A stretch of 63,879 bases of DNA from the NCBI RefSeq assembly GCF_036321535.1, contig NC_087447.1, forward strand, positions 6,696,001 to 6,759,879, given 5' to 3'. The stretch comes from Camelus dromedarius. Taxonomy: Eukaryota. Numbering within the stretch: the stretch's first letter is position 1; each line of letters opens with the position of its first letter. The position numbers and the translations under genes were made by a program. Of the stretch, positions 22,311 through 46,170 are shown one piece after another. Under the pieces are notes generated by a model, which had not been told where the DNA came from, did no database searches, and saw only the letters and a list, made by a program, of their open reading frames with translations.

Positions 22311-24228
22311 CGAGAAGTCACCTAAGAGGCCAAGTATGATACATGCTATCAGTGCAAGACAGGAAGATAAACAAAAAAGAGAAATAAAAACAGCTCTGGA
22401 GAGAAGTCAGCGCTGAAACCCTACGCTCCCCCGGGCTACCCCACTGGAAGCGCGCCACTCGGGCCAGGGCTCAGCTGCCCTCCAACCGCCCTCATTGCTT
22501 TGGCCAGGACTTTAGAGCCTGTATACTTTTGGGCTTAAAAGGAGATATGTCAGCACGGAATGATTTCGGAAAAAAAGACAATTTAAATGAATATAGGTAG
22601 GGAAATAGAATCTGTTGGGGAAAGGCTAAATGATTTGGGATCTTAGGTGAGAAATGGAAAGCCGGCAGGCAGCTTCAAGAACTGTTCAAAAGTGAGTCAA
22701 CAATGACACACCTGTCTCATTGTTGGGCTGCCAGGGGCGGTCAGTGAGGACAACGAGCTGAACTGAAAGAACAGCCGGTCTTTATTCACTATGACAGTGG
22801 CAGAGGCAGAGAGGCACCAGCTCCCCAGTGGTCCATTTTCCCCAACAGAACAGCACCAGTGAGGGTCCGATGACATGTTGCAGATGGGAACTGTCCCCAG
22901 TAAAAGGCTCCTGCCTCTTTGTGGACTGTGGGGGTAGGTGGGAGCATAGGAGAGAGCGCAGGGCTAGCAGTGAAAGGCACTGCATCTAAGTGGAGAAGGT
23001 GTCTCAGTCAACGCCCCCACTCAGGAAGTCCTGGCAGAAGCACCCGGGAAGTGCCTGAGCTGAGGTCCCAGAGGGAGGTGCCTGGCTAGAAACAGCCCAG
23101 CTGGCCTGGGTGGCCTTGACTGCAATGCCCCCCAGAAAGCCGCATTGCCCTGTGATTCCTGTGGTTGGCCTGAAAAGTCACGTGTAGGATTCTGGCCTGG
23201 ACCTGGACTCCTCACCAGCCAGAGTCGGTCTGCGTCCAGGGTAACCATCCTCTTCCCCTCCTGCGCCCATGATCTGGCACAGGCTTTACCATTTCTCACT
23301 GGGACCAGTGGGAGTCTCCTACCTCTACGTCTCATATCCATTTTTTTTGAGGTTTTTTTTTATTATTATGATTGAGGTATAGCTGATATACCATATTATA
23401 TAAGTTACAGGTGTTACAACATACAGGTTAGGTTTCACATCTTTGACCCACACTCCGAGTTTCAGTTTTCAAGAACCTGACAAATGGCCTGTCCCCACCC
23501 TGACCAAAACCCCATGGGGGTGCCCCACTACCAAGCTTGGGGGTCTACAGGCCCCTCCTGCTCCCTGGGCCTCTCCATGCACTCTCTTGGGACTGCAGTC
23601 TCCACACCTGTGCCCCTTGGCCAGGACTATCCTTCCCACTCTGTCTGTCCTTCAAGCTGCAGCTCAAAACTCACCTTGTGCAGTCTCGCCAGGCTTTCCA
23701 GGGCCACAGCACTGGGCACTTGCCTTTATGATGACCCTTAGTCACATTCCACCATCACTGTCTGAAAGGTCCTGCCCAGCAGGGACACCATCTTTGCAAC
23801 CTCATCACACAGGAGGCCTTGCTGAAGAGATGTTGTGAAATGATCAATAAATGAAAAAAAAAAAAAAAAGAATGAATGACTATTCCAAATTCTGTCTCCT
23901 TTTTTTTCCCCTAGAATGTCCCTAGCCTGCCCCACTCCTTCCTCAGACACCACCCCCACCACCGTAATCTGAGAAGGAAATTATCAGGGCAGAAGCAAGT
24001 CGTGGGCAATACTTGGAATCTGTCTGTTAGCCCATGAGGAGTCCCCATTCTCTGGGAGTCGTTCCTGCTGGAATTCCGGAAAAAGAGGATCAGTGCTGGT
24101 CATCCACACACAGATCCAGACAGCTGCACCGCAGCAACCCTCAACAATCAATTTAAAAACTCTGAATTAAATGTTTCTCACCCTTCTCCCATGAAATTAA
24201 TACCCTGGCCTCTTTTCTGATTAAAAAC

Positions 24229-24234
24229 TTTATT
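24229..24234 (-). terminator. Candidate TIGD3 polyadenylation signal
   Basis: TTTATT on + (AATAAA on -) about 330 nt past the stop. Confidence 0.6.
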
Positions 24235-24562
24235 TCCAGAAGCAGAATTGTTTTTAACACAGAGTTCAAGGGATTGGCCTGTCTATAAAGCTCAAATTCC
24301 ACCTTCCCAAGTCCCCACATCCAGAGAGGCTCAGAAACTATGCAGCCTCACTTCACTGCCCTGATGCCCTTTCTCCTAGACCTTCTCGGGGCTTGGACAA
24401 CTTTCGCTCAGAGCTTAGACTTGGTCTCCCAACTTGTCTCCCTTCAAAACCTCTCACAAAAGCTCCATTTCCATGGGAAAGAGACCAGCCCTCAATCTGC
24501 TGTCTAGAGAGGGCGTTTCCATGGGAAACAGGAGAGGAGGGGGCTCCAGCAGGAAGGGCCCT

Positions 24563-25978
24563 TCACAGGCAGCAGAGCCTCTCCACCTCCTCCTCACAGG
24601 CATAGAAATTCTCAAATAACTCAGGGGAGGTGCCATTGCACTCAAACCACCTCCTCAATGTGCCCAGGGCCCGGAGGGCATCAGCTTTGCTGGGCAGAGG
24701 GTCAAAGCCATCCCCTCCGACCCTCTCCTCGTCTCCAGTGCCCATCTCTTCTTTGCACACTCCAGACACAGGCTCCTCGCCCTCCAGGTCCACAAAGCGG
24801 GAAAACTCCTCAGGGCTCAGCCCACCGGGGACTTGCGGCATCTCAGAGGCTTTGTCCCAGGCCAGCGGCGTTTTGCCAGGAGCCAGCCCTTCCTGAACGA
24901 AGCTGCTTACAATAAGCTGGAGAGGCACCTTGGCCCAGGCCGCAGCTGCTATGTGCAGAGCATCCAGCACTGTGATGCCTGCCCCGGCCTCCACCAATGA
25001 GGTGCCAGCCCTCTCGTTCTGGGCAGCAGCCAGCTTGCCCAACAGACGGTACCGGTAATGGGCCTTGAAGGCCCGGACCACGGAGCTGGGCAGGGAAGGC
25101 GTGTTGCCAGCAGCTGACAGAGGTAAGAGCCTCACGTGGCAGAGCCCGGGAAGGCCTGCCAACTCCTCCACCACTTGGGCAGCCAGCAGCAAGGCTACCT
25201 GTCGGCCCTGCCGCCCCATGTCCCGGTCAAACTGTGCCAACCACTGTGACCAGGGGATGCCCAGGTCAGGGTGGTAGGAGGCAGGCAGAGCCTCGCTGCT
25301 GACCCCAAAGAAGCACCTTGGGGCAGCCTGGCGCCCACTGACCAACACCCGCCGTTTCTCTGTGCCCTTGCTGTTGGCACACAGCAGCACCTGCACACGA
25401 TCACAGGCACCCACTCTGCCGGGCACTGCCCGATAGAGCAAGGGCACTTCTGCACAGCCAAAGATGTCCTCTGGGGAGAAATCTTTAAGGGAAAGAGGCA
25501 GCTGGGCCTGGGATGTAGGAGCTGGGGGAGGCGGCTCAGAGGGGAACGGAGGCACCAGTACATGGCGGGCGCCGAAGCCCACATTGTTTCGGCGTTTCCA
25601 GCGGACCAGCCAGCCGATGCTGGGCACAAAATCTTGACCCATGATGTCGGCCAGCTCCTTGGCTTTGTGGAGCAGCATGGGCCCCGTCACGTCCCAGGCC
25701 TTGGCCCGGGCAATGTGGTACCAGCAGAGCAGTGCCTCGTCGATCCCACTGTACTTGGACTCCCGCTTGCGTTTGCGCTCCCGGTTGGCTGTGCCGCTGC
25801 ACCAGTCCGCTAGCAACTTCTCCTTATTCTTGCAGATGCGTGAGATCTGGGGCTGGGAGACCTGGAAGCGCCGGGCCACCTCCGACTGGGACATCTTGGA
25901 CTCATCCAGGAGTTCCAGCACCTGGATCTTCTCAGCCAGGGACAGGGCATGAAGCTTCTTCTTGCTGCACAGTTCCAT
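24563..25978 (-). CDS. TIGD3: Tigger transposable element-derived protein 3, 471 aa, single coding exon (domesticated pogo/Tigger transposase)
   Basis: Intact ORF with N-terminal psq-like and CENP-B-type HTH motifs and a degenerate DDE_1 region; matches recalled human TIGD3 end to end (ends EEVERLCCL). Confidence 0.97.
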   Translation of the reverse strand: MELCSKKKLHALSLAEKIQVLELLDESKMSQSEVARRFQVSQPQISRICKNKEKLLADWCSGTANRERKRKRESKYSGIDEALLCWYHIARAKAWDVTGPMLLHKAKELADIMGQDFVPSIGWLVRWKRRNNVGFGARHVLVPPFPSEPPPPAPTSQAQLPLSLKDFSPEDIFGCAEVPLLYRAVPGRVGACDRVQVLLCANSKGTEKRRVLVSGRQAAPRCFFGVSSEALPASYHPDLGIPWSQWLAQFDRDMGRQGRQVALLLAAQVVEELAGLPGLCHVRLLPLSAAGNTPSLPSSVVRAFKAHYRYRLLGKLAAAQNERAGTSLVEAGAGITVLDALHIAAAAWAKVPLQLIVSSFVQEGLAPGKTPLAWDKASEMPQVPGGLSPEEFSRFVDLEGEEPVSGVCKEEMGTGDEERVGGDGFDPLPSKADALRALGTLRRWFECNGTSPELFENFYACEEEVERLCCL

Positions 25979-26689
25979 GGCGCCACCTCAGCACCTGTCA
26001 GGGGAGGACTATTGAAGGGGGACAGACGGCTGGGGCCAGGTGGGTTGGGAGAGGAGCGCAGTCAGGAAAAGAGAATGTATGCGGCAGGGAAACAGGCTGG
26101 TGTAGGGGAGAGACCGAGGAAGACTGGACCAGCTGGAAGAGGGTGAGGGCACACTGGGTAGGAGGTGAGAGGACTGGGCTGAAAGGAAGGGAAATGGCCA
26201 GGCTGGGTGAGCAGTTGGCCAGGCTCTGATCCTGAGGAACACCAGAACAGAGCTGGGGAGAGGGCGGCCCCCTGGTCAGAGGGAGAAGGGAGTCTGGGCT
26301 GGGGTTTGGGGGAGAAGGATGAATAGAGCAGAGGGGACAGCTGCAGAGACAACAAAGAAGCGTGGTTGGGGGAGGACAGGGGGCTAGGGCTGAGTGGGGC
26401 CAGTGTAGGGGATAATCAGAGCTGGCAGGAGGACTCCCTGGAGGGGGAGAGGGATGATGGCCTAGGCTGGACTTAGATGGAGATGTTGGGGCAGGATGGT
26501 GGAGTGAATGAACAGAGTTGAGATGACAGGTGTACAAATGACAAAGAGGGACGGACTGGGGGCTGAAGGAGCAAGTCTAATTTGGTGCTGCGTCCTGAGC
26601 AGGTAAGGCTGGGCCGGGATCTCGCCTGGAGGGGGAGTGGGAGACAAGGCCCAAAGGGCAGGTGCACAGGCGACAAAGGGCAACAGGGG

Positions 26690-27420
26690 TTATGAGGCCG
26701 CGGGCAGAGAGAGAGAGGCGGGGTGTCCTCAGCGGGGAGGGTCGTGGCCTGGGAGGGGTACCACGGCGCGGGGACGGGAGTCCGGGACCGTGGTAGGCCG
26801 GAAGCCAGGCTCGGCAACCTGGACGGCCTCTTCCCACCGTGACCCGGGGTCCGTCGGCGGGGCGGACCCAGTCATCCGCCAGCCCGGCCACCCAGCCTCC
26901 CAGCCTCCAGCTCCGCACCCACCTCAGGCGCTCGTCCCGCGGTTCTCGCCCCGGCCCCGGCCCGGCTCCCAAGCCCCTGTCCCGGCAGCGACCAGAGGGC
27001 AGGGGAGAGACGCGCGGAGCGGACCGAGGGGCTGCGCGGGCGTCGAGCAGCGGGAGCGTGCACAGCAGGACCCGGTGCGCGCCGCCCGCGCCGGCCTCTC
27101 TCGGGGCTAGGAAGACCGCGGTCAGCCGCTCAGCTCCCACCGCCGCAGCCCCGCCCCGGCACAATCAGATTGGCTCTCAGTGGCGTCCTGTTCCGCCCCC
27201 GGCTAAGTCTCATTGGACGTCACGAAAGTGGCGGGTCCTTGGGTCCTCCCGCGGACCAAGCTTCCAGCTCCAGGAGACTGCGAGGCGGAGCCCGGGCGGG
27301 GCAGGAGTCCTAGAGGCGCCGCCGGCCCCAGAGGACCTGGCTCTCGGGAAATAGCCTGTCGACCCTCGCGGGCAGCGTGGAGGCCGTAGAGCAGACTACG
27401 CGCCCCAGGGTCTTCCTGGC
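26690..27420. promoter_or_regulatory. CpG island / TIGD3 promoter
   Basis: CpG-rich; two ATTGG (CCAAT on -) at 27169 and 27212, GACGTCA at 27216, ZNF143-like ACTACGCGCCCCAG at 27395. Confidence 0.85.
26923..27150 (-). other. TIGD3: TIGD3 probable non-coding exon 1 (5' end approximate); splices to an acceptor at 25994, 16 nt before the ATG
   Basis: Donor GAG|GTGGGT at 26922; acceptor CCCCTGACAG|GTGCTG at 25995. Confidence 0.7.
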
Positions 27421-28890
27421 CGTGTCCCTAGGCAGCCTCAGCTTCCTCATCTACCAAGAAGGACTAATACTTCTCACCTAGTGGTTTCGAAAAAATGGAT
27501 GCAAGTTTTAAGCTACACAAAAGATGTTACCATGGACAGCACTGGTCTCACGTCGATCAGCCCTGCTACAATAAACTACTTACTCTGATTTAGGGCGAAT
27601 AAAGACTACTTTTTATTAATTTTGGTAGGCAACTTGGCAAGATTCAAGTTCCTACACTCAAGAGCTATTATCATTCCCTTTCTTGGTAACCTTCAAGTTC
27701 TTTGCGATCAAATGTGGACTTCTCAGCCTAGGGTCTAGTGCTCCCCATCCTCAACTCCAGCCTACTTTTCTCCTCCCCTCACAGCTCTGATTGGAAGGCT
27801 GGGGCCCCACATGAGTTCCCTTTCTCTTAGGCTTCCCTCCCCATCCCAGTTCTACCAGGTAACCCCTCTTCCAGCCTTGCATGTCCCATTCTAAGTACAT
27901 CTCCTGCAGTTTCAACATTTCCTCACTTCTGCCTGCTACAGTGTTCTCATCAGCATTCTCATTTTTTACATTTGTTTTATCTTTTCTGGCCTTAACACTG
28001 CTCAACTACCAAGGATCATTGTTTTTCTCCCTCTACTCCAGGTCTACTTCCACATATAAACAAGAGGACAGGGGCTGGGCTCTGTTCCTAACAGTTCCCA
28101 ACCTAGAGCACCCTGCTTGCTTATTGAACACAAGGACCCAGACCACTGCCTTCCGGTAGGAGACAGTGGCTTTCAGACTGCCCCAGAAAACCCTAAGGAT
28201 ATTCAGGGTGTTCATAAATGACTGACTTAAATCTTTGAAACAATGGATGCAAGAAAAGGAAACTAATTTTTGTGCACGTAAATATGCCCAGAGGAAGGCT
28301 GCAGTGCCGCACTGCAGGCTGAGTTCACACACACTGCACCCAATTCAACAAATGAATGCCAGGCAAGCAAAGTGGATGTGCCTCTGCTCATTCATTACTT
28401 GTGCAAAAAGCTTTCACGTGTCTCATCGTAATATCATTAGTTTTCCTGTCATTAATTCTTCATATTTATGTAAGTCAAGCTTCTGGACCTACTTTAAGTA
28501 TCCAAAATTGTAAGTCAACTTTTATAAACCTGTCACCACTTGTATATAGAAATCCTGCAGAATTTCCTCCAAGCCAACCAAAATTCAGAAGTAAACAGGA
28601 TGTTAAAGTTGATTTTAACCCAAATTTTTTTTATCAAAACAACTTCACTGTTCTTTATAACAAAGAATTGTTTTAACTTAATTTACATAAGAAATTAAGA
28701 CAAAGTACCCAATTTTGTAACAACTTAACATACTGAAGTTAAGCAAAACATTTAATCTTGGAGAAAAAACTATGCTTCAAAACATTTCAAAACCACTGTC
28801 TTAAGGAAGTAAGGTTTAGGATGAAGTGGCCTCAACCAGGAAAGGGAGTCAAGTGATAAGCAATCCAGCAGAGGGCTCTGTGTAAAAATG

Positions 28891-28896
28891 TTTATT
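28891..28896 (-). terminator. Candidate DPF2 polyadenylation signal
   Basis: AATAAA on - about 1.17 kb after the stop, followed by U/GU-rich sequence. Confidence 0.7.
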
Positions 28897-30060
28897 TGTA
28901 CTAATACTTAGAATACAGGAACTAAAGAAAGAAAAAAAAGACACCTCAACTCCAAAGCGACAGTGAATTAGGGCCTGCCCACAGCCAAGGGGAAGCACAC
29001 TCCAGGATGTCCTGGCATGGATTGTCCCCCCACTACTTAATGTGTCACCAGGCAGAAAATTGAAGAATCAGGGTGTGAAGACCTTAGCAGCTGCTAGTGA
29101 GCGTGCAAGGGAATAAAGGGATGTCTCTGGCTTCCCACGACCCAGGAGCCAGGATACACAGAACAGGAGGCAGAGGCTCCCAATTCAGTTAAGGGCAGGA
29201 GCTGAACGCCCAGGTCCAGGAAGAACAAAAAGGGGATTTCGGAGGTAGGCTTTTTCATCGAGTTAAAAAACAGGCACATTATCCAACATCTCCCTGTGGC
29301 CCCCAAGCTGCTGGCCTGGCCCCCTGATGCTTCCCCTCTCCCCATAAAACCAAAAGGAATAAGGAGGGGAGGCAGAAGATAGGAAATAACAAGGGTGGGG
29401 AATGCTTCAGTCACTAGAAACCACCTGTGAGCGGGAGCCAGGCGAGCACAAGAATGAATCAGGGTGAAGCTGCTATGCCCCGGGGGTGGGGCAGCGGGAA
29501 AAGGGCAGAGCCAAGAGCGTCCTGGCTCAGGCAAGGATCCTGGGTATCAGGAACAGAGGGCCACAGGGAGCCACTCTGGGGAGAGGAGGCGGTGAGGCTA
29601 AGCAGCACGAAGGGCACGGGAAGCTCCTTGCCAGCGCCACCTAAGCCCGTGCAGCTCACTCCCAGCTGCTCCTGGCAGAGGCCCCAACCTGGTGGCAGAG
29701 CTAGAGGAGTGAGCTGCTCTCCACCCTTTCTCGGAGGACACTGTTTGAACCCTGTGATCACCAGAGCAGGGGCCCAAGGCAGACAGAGTGAATGCACTTC
29801 ATGGATTCATGGAGAGCAGTGAGAAGCAGGGCCCACAGGTACGCCTTGGGGCAGTGTGCTGCTCCGTTCTCCCTGAGGGCCTGGGGCCAGAGGCGGTCAA
29901 GAGCTGCCACCTCAGCTTGCTGCTGCCAAAGGCAGGTTGGCACGACCACCCCGAGGTTCTCTGGACTTGTGAAAGAGAGGAGGGAGGGAAAGGGGGTATG
30001 AAAAACAAGAAAGGAGGAGAGAAACAGCTCTAGATGTATGAGGGGTTGGGGGTGGCCACA

Positions 30061-41476
<11,416 letters not shown>

Positions 41477-42385
41477 CTTCCCAGCTCTTCTCCCGCAGGC
41501 CGGGAGGCCCGGAGCCCGCAGTGCGCAGGCGCCGGGACCGCACTGGGAACCAGGTTCCTCGTCCTTCTGCGCAGGCGCCGTCCAGGCGCGCGCGCACAAG
41601 AGCGAGCGGCGGAGAACAAGCTTCGTGTCTGCTCTCGGGGCCAGGGCGCTGAGGGACGAATGCGCAGGCGCGACGGAGACGGGTAGAGTTGGGGGCCGCG
41701 AGGGCCTCCCCGAGGCTACTGCTCCATCTCTGCATCTTCCCTTAAGTGGAGCGGGATGTGATAGGGAGGATCGGGCCTGGTCTCGAAACGAGAAGGTGAG
41801 AAGTTAGTGAAAATTGGCAGACCCAGTGGTGGTCTAGATGGAGCTAGTGCGCCCTGCTACCTCACCGACCTTTAACCTTGTGGTTAACTCTTTGCCCTCA
41901 CTTACGGGTCAGGAGTTGGTGAGAACCCGAAGGTAAGCGTACAGTCTACTTGGCTTGCCAAACATGTGCCCATTTTAGGGAGAGGAAAATTTGCTCCCAG
42001 AACCTGGCAGTTCTTTGGCCAGAGTATTGGGATCTGACAAAATTCCCCCACCTTCCTGCCCCCAAACCCAGCCACCAGCTTGATTGGTGCCCACCTCTTC
42101 TCCCCTACTTCCTACTCCTAAACTCGTTCCCTCCACCAAAGAACTTCCCTCCTGCAGCTATTCCTCTCTCTTCTGTACCATTTATTTCTCCTTCACTATT
42201 GAATCATGCAAATTCTCGCCTACAGACTTGGCTTAATAGCCTCTACCGTTAACACAACGTTGTAAATTAACTATATGTCAATAAAATAAATAAAATAAAT
42301 GGGATTAAAGCATCAGAGCCCCTCCTTAGGCCCATATCTGCCTTTATCACCCCATTTCTTCTCACTCTTTTAAAGCAAATACTCA

Positions 42386-42573
42386 AACAAGTTTATACTG
42401 TAGAGCACAGGGAACCATATTCAATATCTTGTAGTAACCTGTGGTGAAGAAAAATATGAGAATGAATGTATGTATGTTGCTATGTGACTGAAGTATTGTG
42501 CTGTACACCAGAAATTGACACATTGTAAACTGACCGTACTTCAATAAAAATATATTTTAAAAAATTTAAAAAA
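42386..42573 (+). mobile_element. 5'-truncated L1 3' end with 15-bp TSD
   Basis: L1 3'UTR-type sequence ending CTTCAATAAAAA; TSD TAAAGCAAATACTCA at 42371-42385 and 42574-42588. Confidence 0.88.
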
Positions 42574-42759
42574 TAAAGCAAATACTCATTTCATACTCCC
42601 TACATATATCTATATTCACACGTATGACTGAATCACTATGCTGTACACCAGAAACTAACACAACATTGTAAGTCAACTATACTTCAATTTTAAAAAATGC
42701 TCCATCAATGAACAATAGATACTCTACATGATCTGAACCAGTGACTGCTATGTATAGTG

Positions 42760-43150
42760 TTTCTCTCACAGACAGGAACCAAGGAGTGGAAATTGGGGTG
42801 CAGCCTCTTGCAATCTCAACTACTGACTCTTTTCCAAACTGTTTTCTGTCCCTGCCACTCTGGGCTCTGGTTGATCTAGAACCTTTAGGACTCAAGGAAA
42901 GAAAACTTCCACCAGGGGGTGCAATAATGATTTCTCTAAATTAGGAGCTGAGACTGTCAAAGGGCTATTTTGAGTTTCACCTGCCACTGGGCAAGAAAGT
43001 AAAAAGGGGGTACCATTGTCAGCTGGGGTGATTGATCCTAATTGTCTAGGGTAAATAGGGTTGCTGTTACCCAGTGGGGGCAAGGATAAGTGTAAACAAA
43101 CCCCAGGGGATCTTCTTAATATTACATTCAGGTGATTTATGGGAGACACT
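42760..43150 (+). mobile_element. ERVL internal fragment (dUTPase-like region), degenerate
   Basis: Resembles recalled ERVL-int sequence (...CTTCCACCAGG...GCTGGGGTGATTGATCCT...); no open ORF. Confidence 0.6.
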
Positions 43151-43659
43151 CTTGGTTGGGCATTTAAGACCAACCCTCCCACTGAATACAAACTAAAAAA
43201 CAGAGGAAGTGAAAAAAATCTTAAAAGCATTGAAAAGCTAAGTAATATGGTGAAGAATTACTAGGCCAACATTTAGGAGGTTGAAACCCAGGGCAGAAAG
43301 CCCAGAATTCAAGGCAATTTTTGTCCTAGGGACATTTACTGATCTGGAAGATATAACTGCGAAGCTGAGCTGTTGTTTGGCAGTCTTTGGTGGGGAGGGT
43401 CAAAATAAAAACCCAGAACCTGCTCAAGGTAGGAAGTCAGATACTCCACTACCAACACATACACACTTTAAGATTGGATCCCAACTTCTATGGACTAATA
43501 GCCCAGAATCATATGATCTGGGTAGTAGAAAAGCTCAAGCCTTGAACTTGGATTTAAGCGTACTCATTCTTAGAATGCCCTTGGTCACCTGGCAGAGGGG
43601 CAGAGACCAAGCAATACCCTTTCTGAAGGAATGTACTGTCATTCAGGGCCTCCAATTAT

Positions 43660-44420
43660 TTCTAAAAATATTTTTTCAGATACAATATCTGGCTCTTAGT
43701 CAAAGATAATCCAGCACAAAAAGAAAAAAGAAACCTTGCATAAGAACCAATTGCAAACAGTAGAAAACACAGATTGACCCACAAAGATTTAAGATACTGA
43801 AATAATCTGACACTGACCATAAAATGACAATGATTACCATGTTTAAAGAAGATAAAGACAAGCATAAAAAAATCGGCAGGCAACAAGTCTCTATTAAGAA
43901 GTGCCACAACAGAATTTTTAGAGAACCACATAGAATTTCTCCAACTGAAGAACACAATAACCAAAATTAAGAACACAATGAGCTGGTTAAAAAGCAAATT
44001 AGACATAGCTGAAGAGAGAATGAGTGAACAAGAAGATACCTAGGAAGACATAGTCCTTAATATAGCATGAAAGACAAAAGAACAGAAAATACAGAATTGG
44101 AGGATATTGAAACATAGAAGATACACACTGAGGTCTAAAATACATTTAATTGGAGTCCCAGAGAGTAAGGAGAAAGAAAGGGATAGAGGTAATATTTAAA
44201 AGAGAAAATGGTAATTTTCCAAAAATGATGAAATACATTATTTCACACTTTGAAGAAGCCAGATAAAGCCTGAGCAAGCTAAATACTTAATGGAAATAAA
44301 TACTGAAGTGTTTACAAATACAAAATGGTAATAATTGGCAGATCTAGATGAAGGTGTATAGAGTGTACATTGTACCTTTCAGTATTTCTGTAGGTTTGAA
44401 ATGTTTCAAAATTAAAAGTT
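43660..44420 (+). mobile_element. Old L1 ORF1/3' fragments
   Basis: AGACATAGCTGAAGAGAGAATGAGTGAAC..., ATTGGAGTCCCAGAG motifs typical of L1 ORF1. Confidence 0.7.
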
Positions 44421-45469
44421 TGGGGGAAACATCAGTCCTATATAGGGAGATCCACCAAGGGCTCAGATTCTTTAAAAAGAAGGTGTGGGACATGTCACCT
44501 GGTAGAGATCCCTGAACGGGTAAAATGCAGGCTGAAGGCAAAGGGAACATGAACTGGGGAGTGAAGAAGGGAGGATATTCCCACCAGCCACAGTTCTGTC
44601 GTAGAAAAAGTCTGTAGCTTCTACATTTATTTCTTTTCTTGCTGTGTCAAGTATATATTTTATATATTTTAATTCTCCCATTCTCTTTCTCTCCACTCTT
44701 GTATATATGGTATATTGGTGGTAGTTAACTTTACAGTATAGTTCACAATTTACCAAATTTTGAGATGGGCTGCTAAAGGAATTGCAGGAGGAATGAGCAC
44801 CATCTAGAAATCCTGGACTTGGAAGTGGATGTGATAATTGAGAAGATTTTGAGATGTCTCCCTTTGGAAAATGAGTAGATGTCCAACAACAATATCTCTT
44901 CCTATCTTGGGGAATTCCTTGTGTGGGTAGTATTAGGATATATATGGCACTATACAAGCTGAAGAGGGAGGGTCCCTCACTCCACCTCTGGCTACCTTGG
45001 TGAAGCAGGTCTCCCGAGTATAGTTAGTCTAATGCTTTGGCTTCCCTGTCTAGTCTCCTTTCTCCACTCAGACATGGCAGCCCCACCTGGTTTCCCAGGG
45101 CCCTTGGGCTGGTACCTGATGCAGGGAAGGTGGGGAGCAGTTCCTGGGACCCAGGACAAGAATGTCCCCCTTTCCTGGCCACTCTGCCATGAACTTCAGC
45201 ACCAGGGTGAGGCGCTGCTTTTCAGCTGGGTGAAGCTATAAGGAAGATGTCTTTTTCTTGTCTTCCCCTCCCGGACAGGTGGGGACAAACCACCCAAGCA
45301 CTGAGGGGAAGCCTGCAGGTGTAGGTGCTGGCCTTCGGCTCCCCACCTTTTGCCTTTACACTTTCCCAGGGTCTGAAGCTGAACCTCTGTGGGAATAGAG
45401 GGTTGCAGTTGAGGACAGGCTTTGCGGTCTCACAGACCTGGGTTCAAATCCCACTACAGATAGTGCAAC

Positions 45470-46170
45470 TCCTACTCTCTAAATGATGGCAAAAATTTCA
45501 GATTAAAAACAAAAAGTTTGGTGGGAATGGAAAATGATACAGCTCCTAGGGAAAACAGCAGTTCCTCAAGAAATTAAATATAGAATGACCACATGATTCA
45601 GCTGTTCCACTTCTGTGTATATACCCAAAGAATTGAAAGCAGGGACTCAAAATATGTGTACACTCATGTTCACAGCAGCACTTTTCACAATTGTANNNNN
45701 NNNNNNNNNNNNNNNNNNNNNNNNNNNNNNNNNNNNNNNNNNNNNNNNNNNNNNNNNNNNNNNNNNNNNNNNNNNNNNNNNNNNNNNNNNNNNNNNNNNN
45801 NNNNNNNNNNNNNNNNNNNNNNNNNNNNNNNNNNNNNNNNNNNNNNNNNNNNNNNNNNNNNNNNNNNNNNNNNNNNNNNNNNNNNNNNNNNNNNNNNNNN
45901 NNNNNNNNNNNNNNNNNNNNNNNNNNNNNNNNNNNNNNGTTNNNNNNNNNNNNNNNNNNNNNNNNNNNNNNNNNNNNNNNNNNNNNNNNNNNNNNNNNNN
46001 NNNNNNNNNNNNNNNNNNNNNNNNNNNNNNNNNNNNNNNNNNNNNNNNNNNNNNNNNNNNNNNNNNNNNTAATGCCGCTGAACCATACACTTAAAAATGT
46101 TTACAATGGTAAATTCTGTGATATATCTATTTTACCACAATTAAAAAACACCTTACAAAAAAAAAAAAAA
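45470..46170 (+). mobile_element. L1M 3' fragment interrupted by N gap 45696-46069
   Basis: ATATACCCAAAGAATTGAAAGCAGGGACTCAA...CACAGCAGCACTTTTCACAAT; CTGAACCATACACTTAAAAATG. Confidence 0.8.

Noticed and set aside
24563-25978. TIGD3 as an active transposon
   Set aside because: No terminal inverted repeats or TA TSD seen, catalytic residues lost, own CpG-island promoter and intron, conserved synteny: a domesticated host gene.
42909-42922. CTCF-like CCACCAGGGGGTGC
   Set aside because: Mismatch at a key C and inside an ERVL fragment; not supportable without ChIP data.
45195-45215. REST/RE1-like TTCAGCACCAGGGTGAG
   Set aside because: The right half-site GGACAG is broken.
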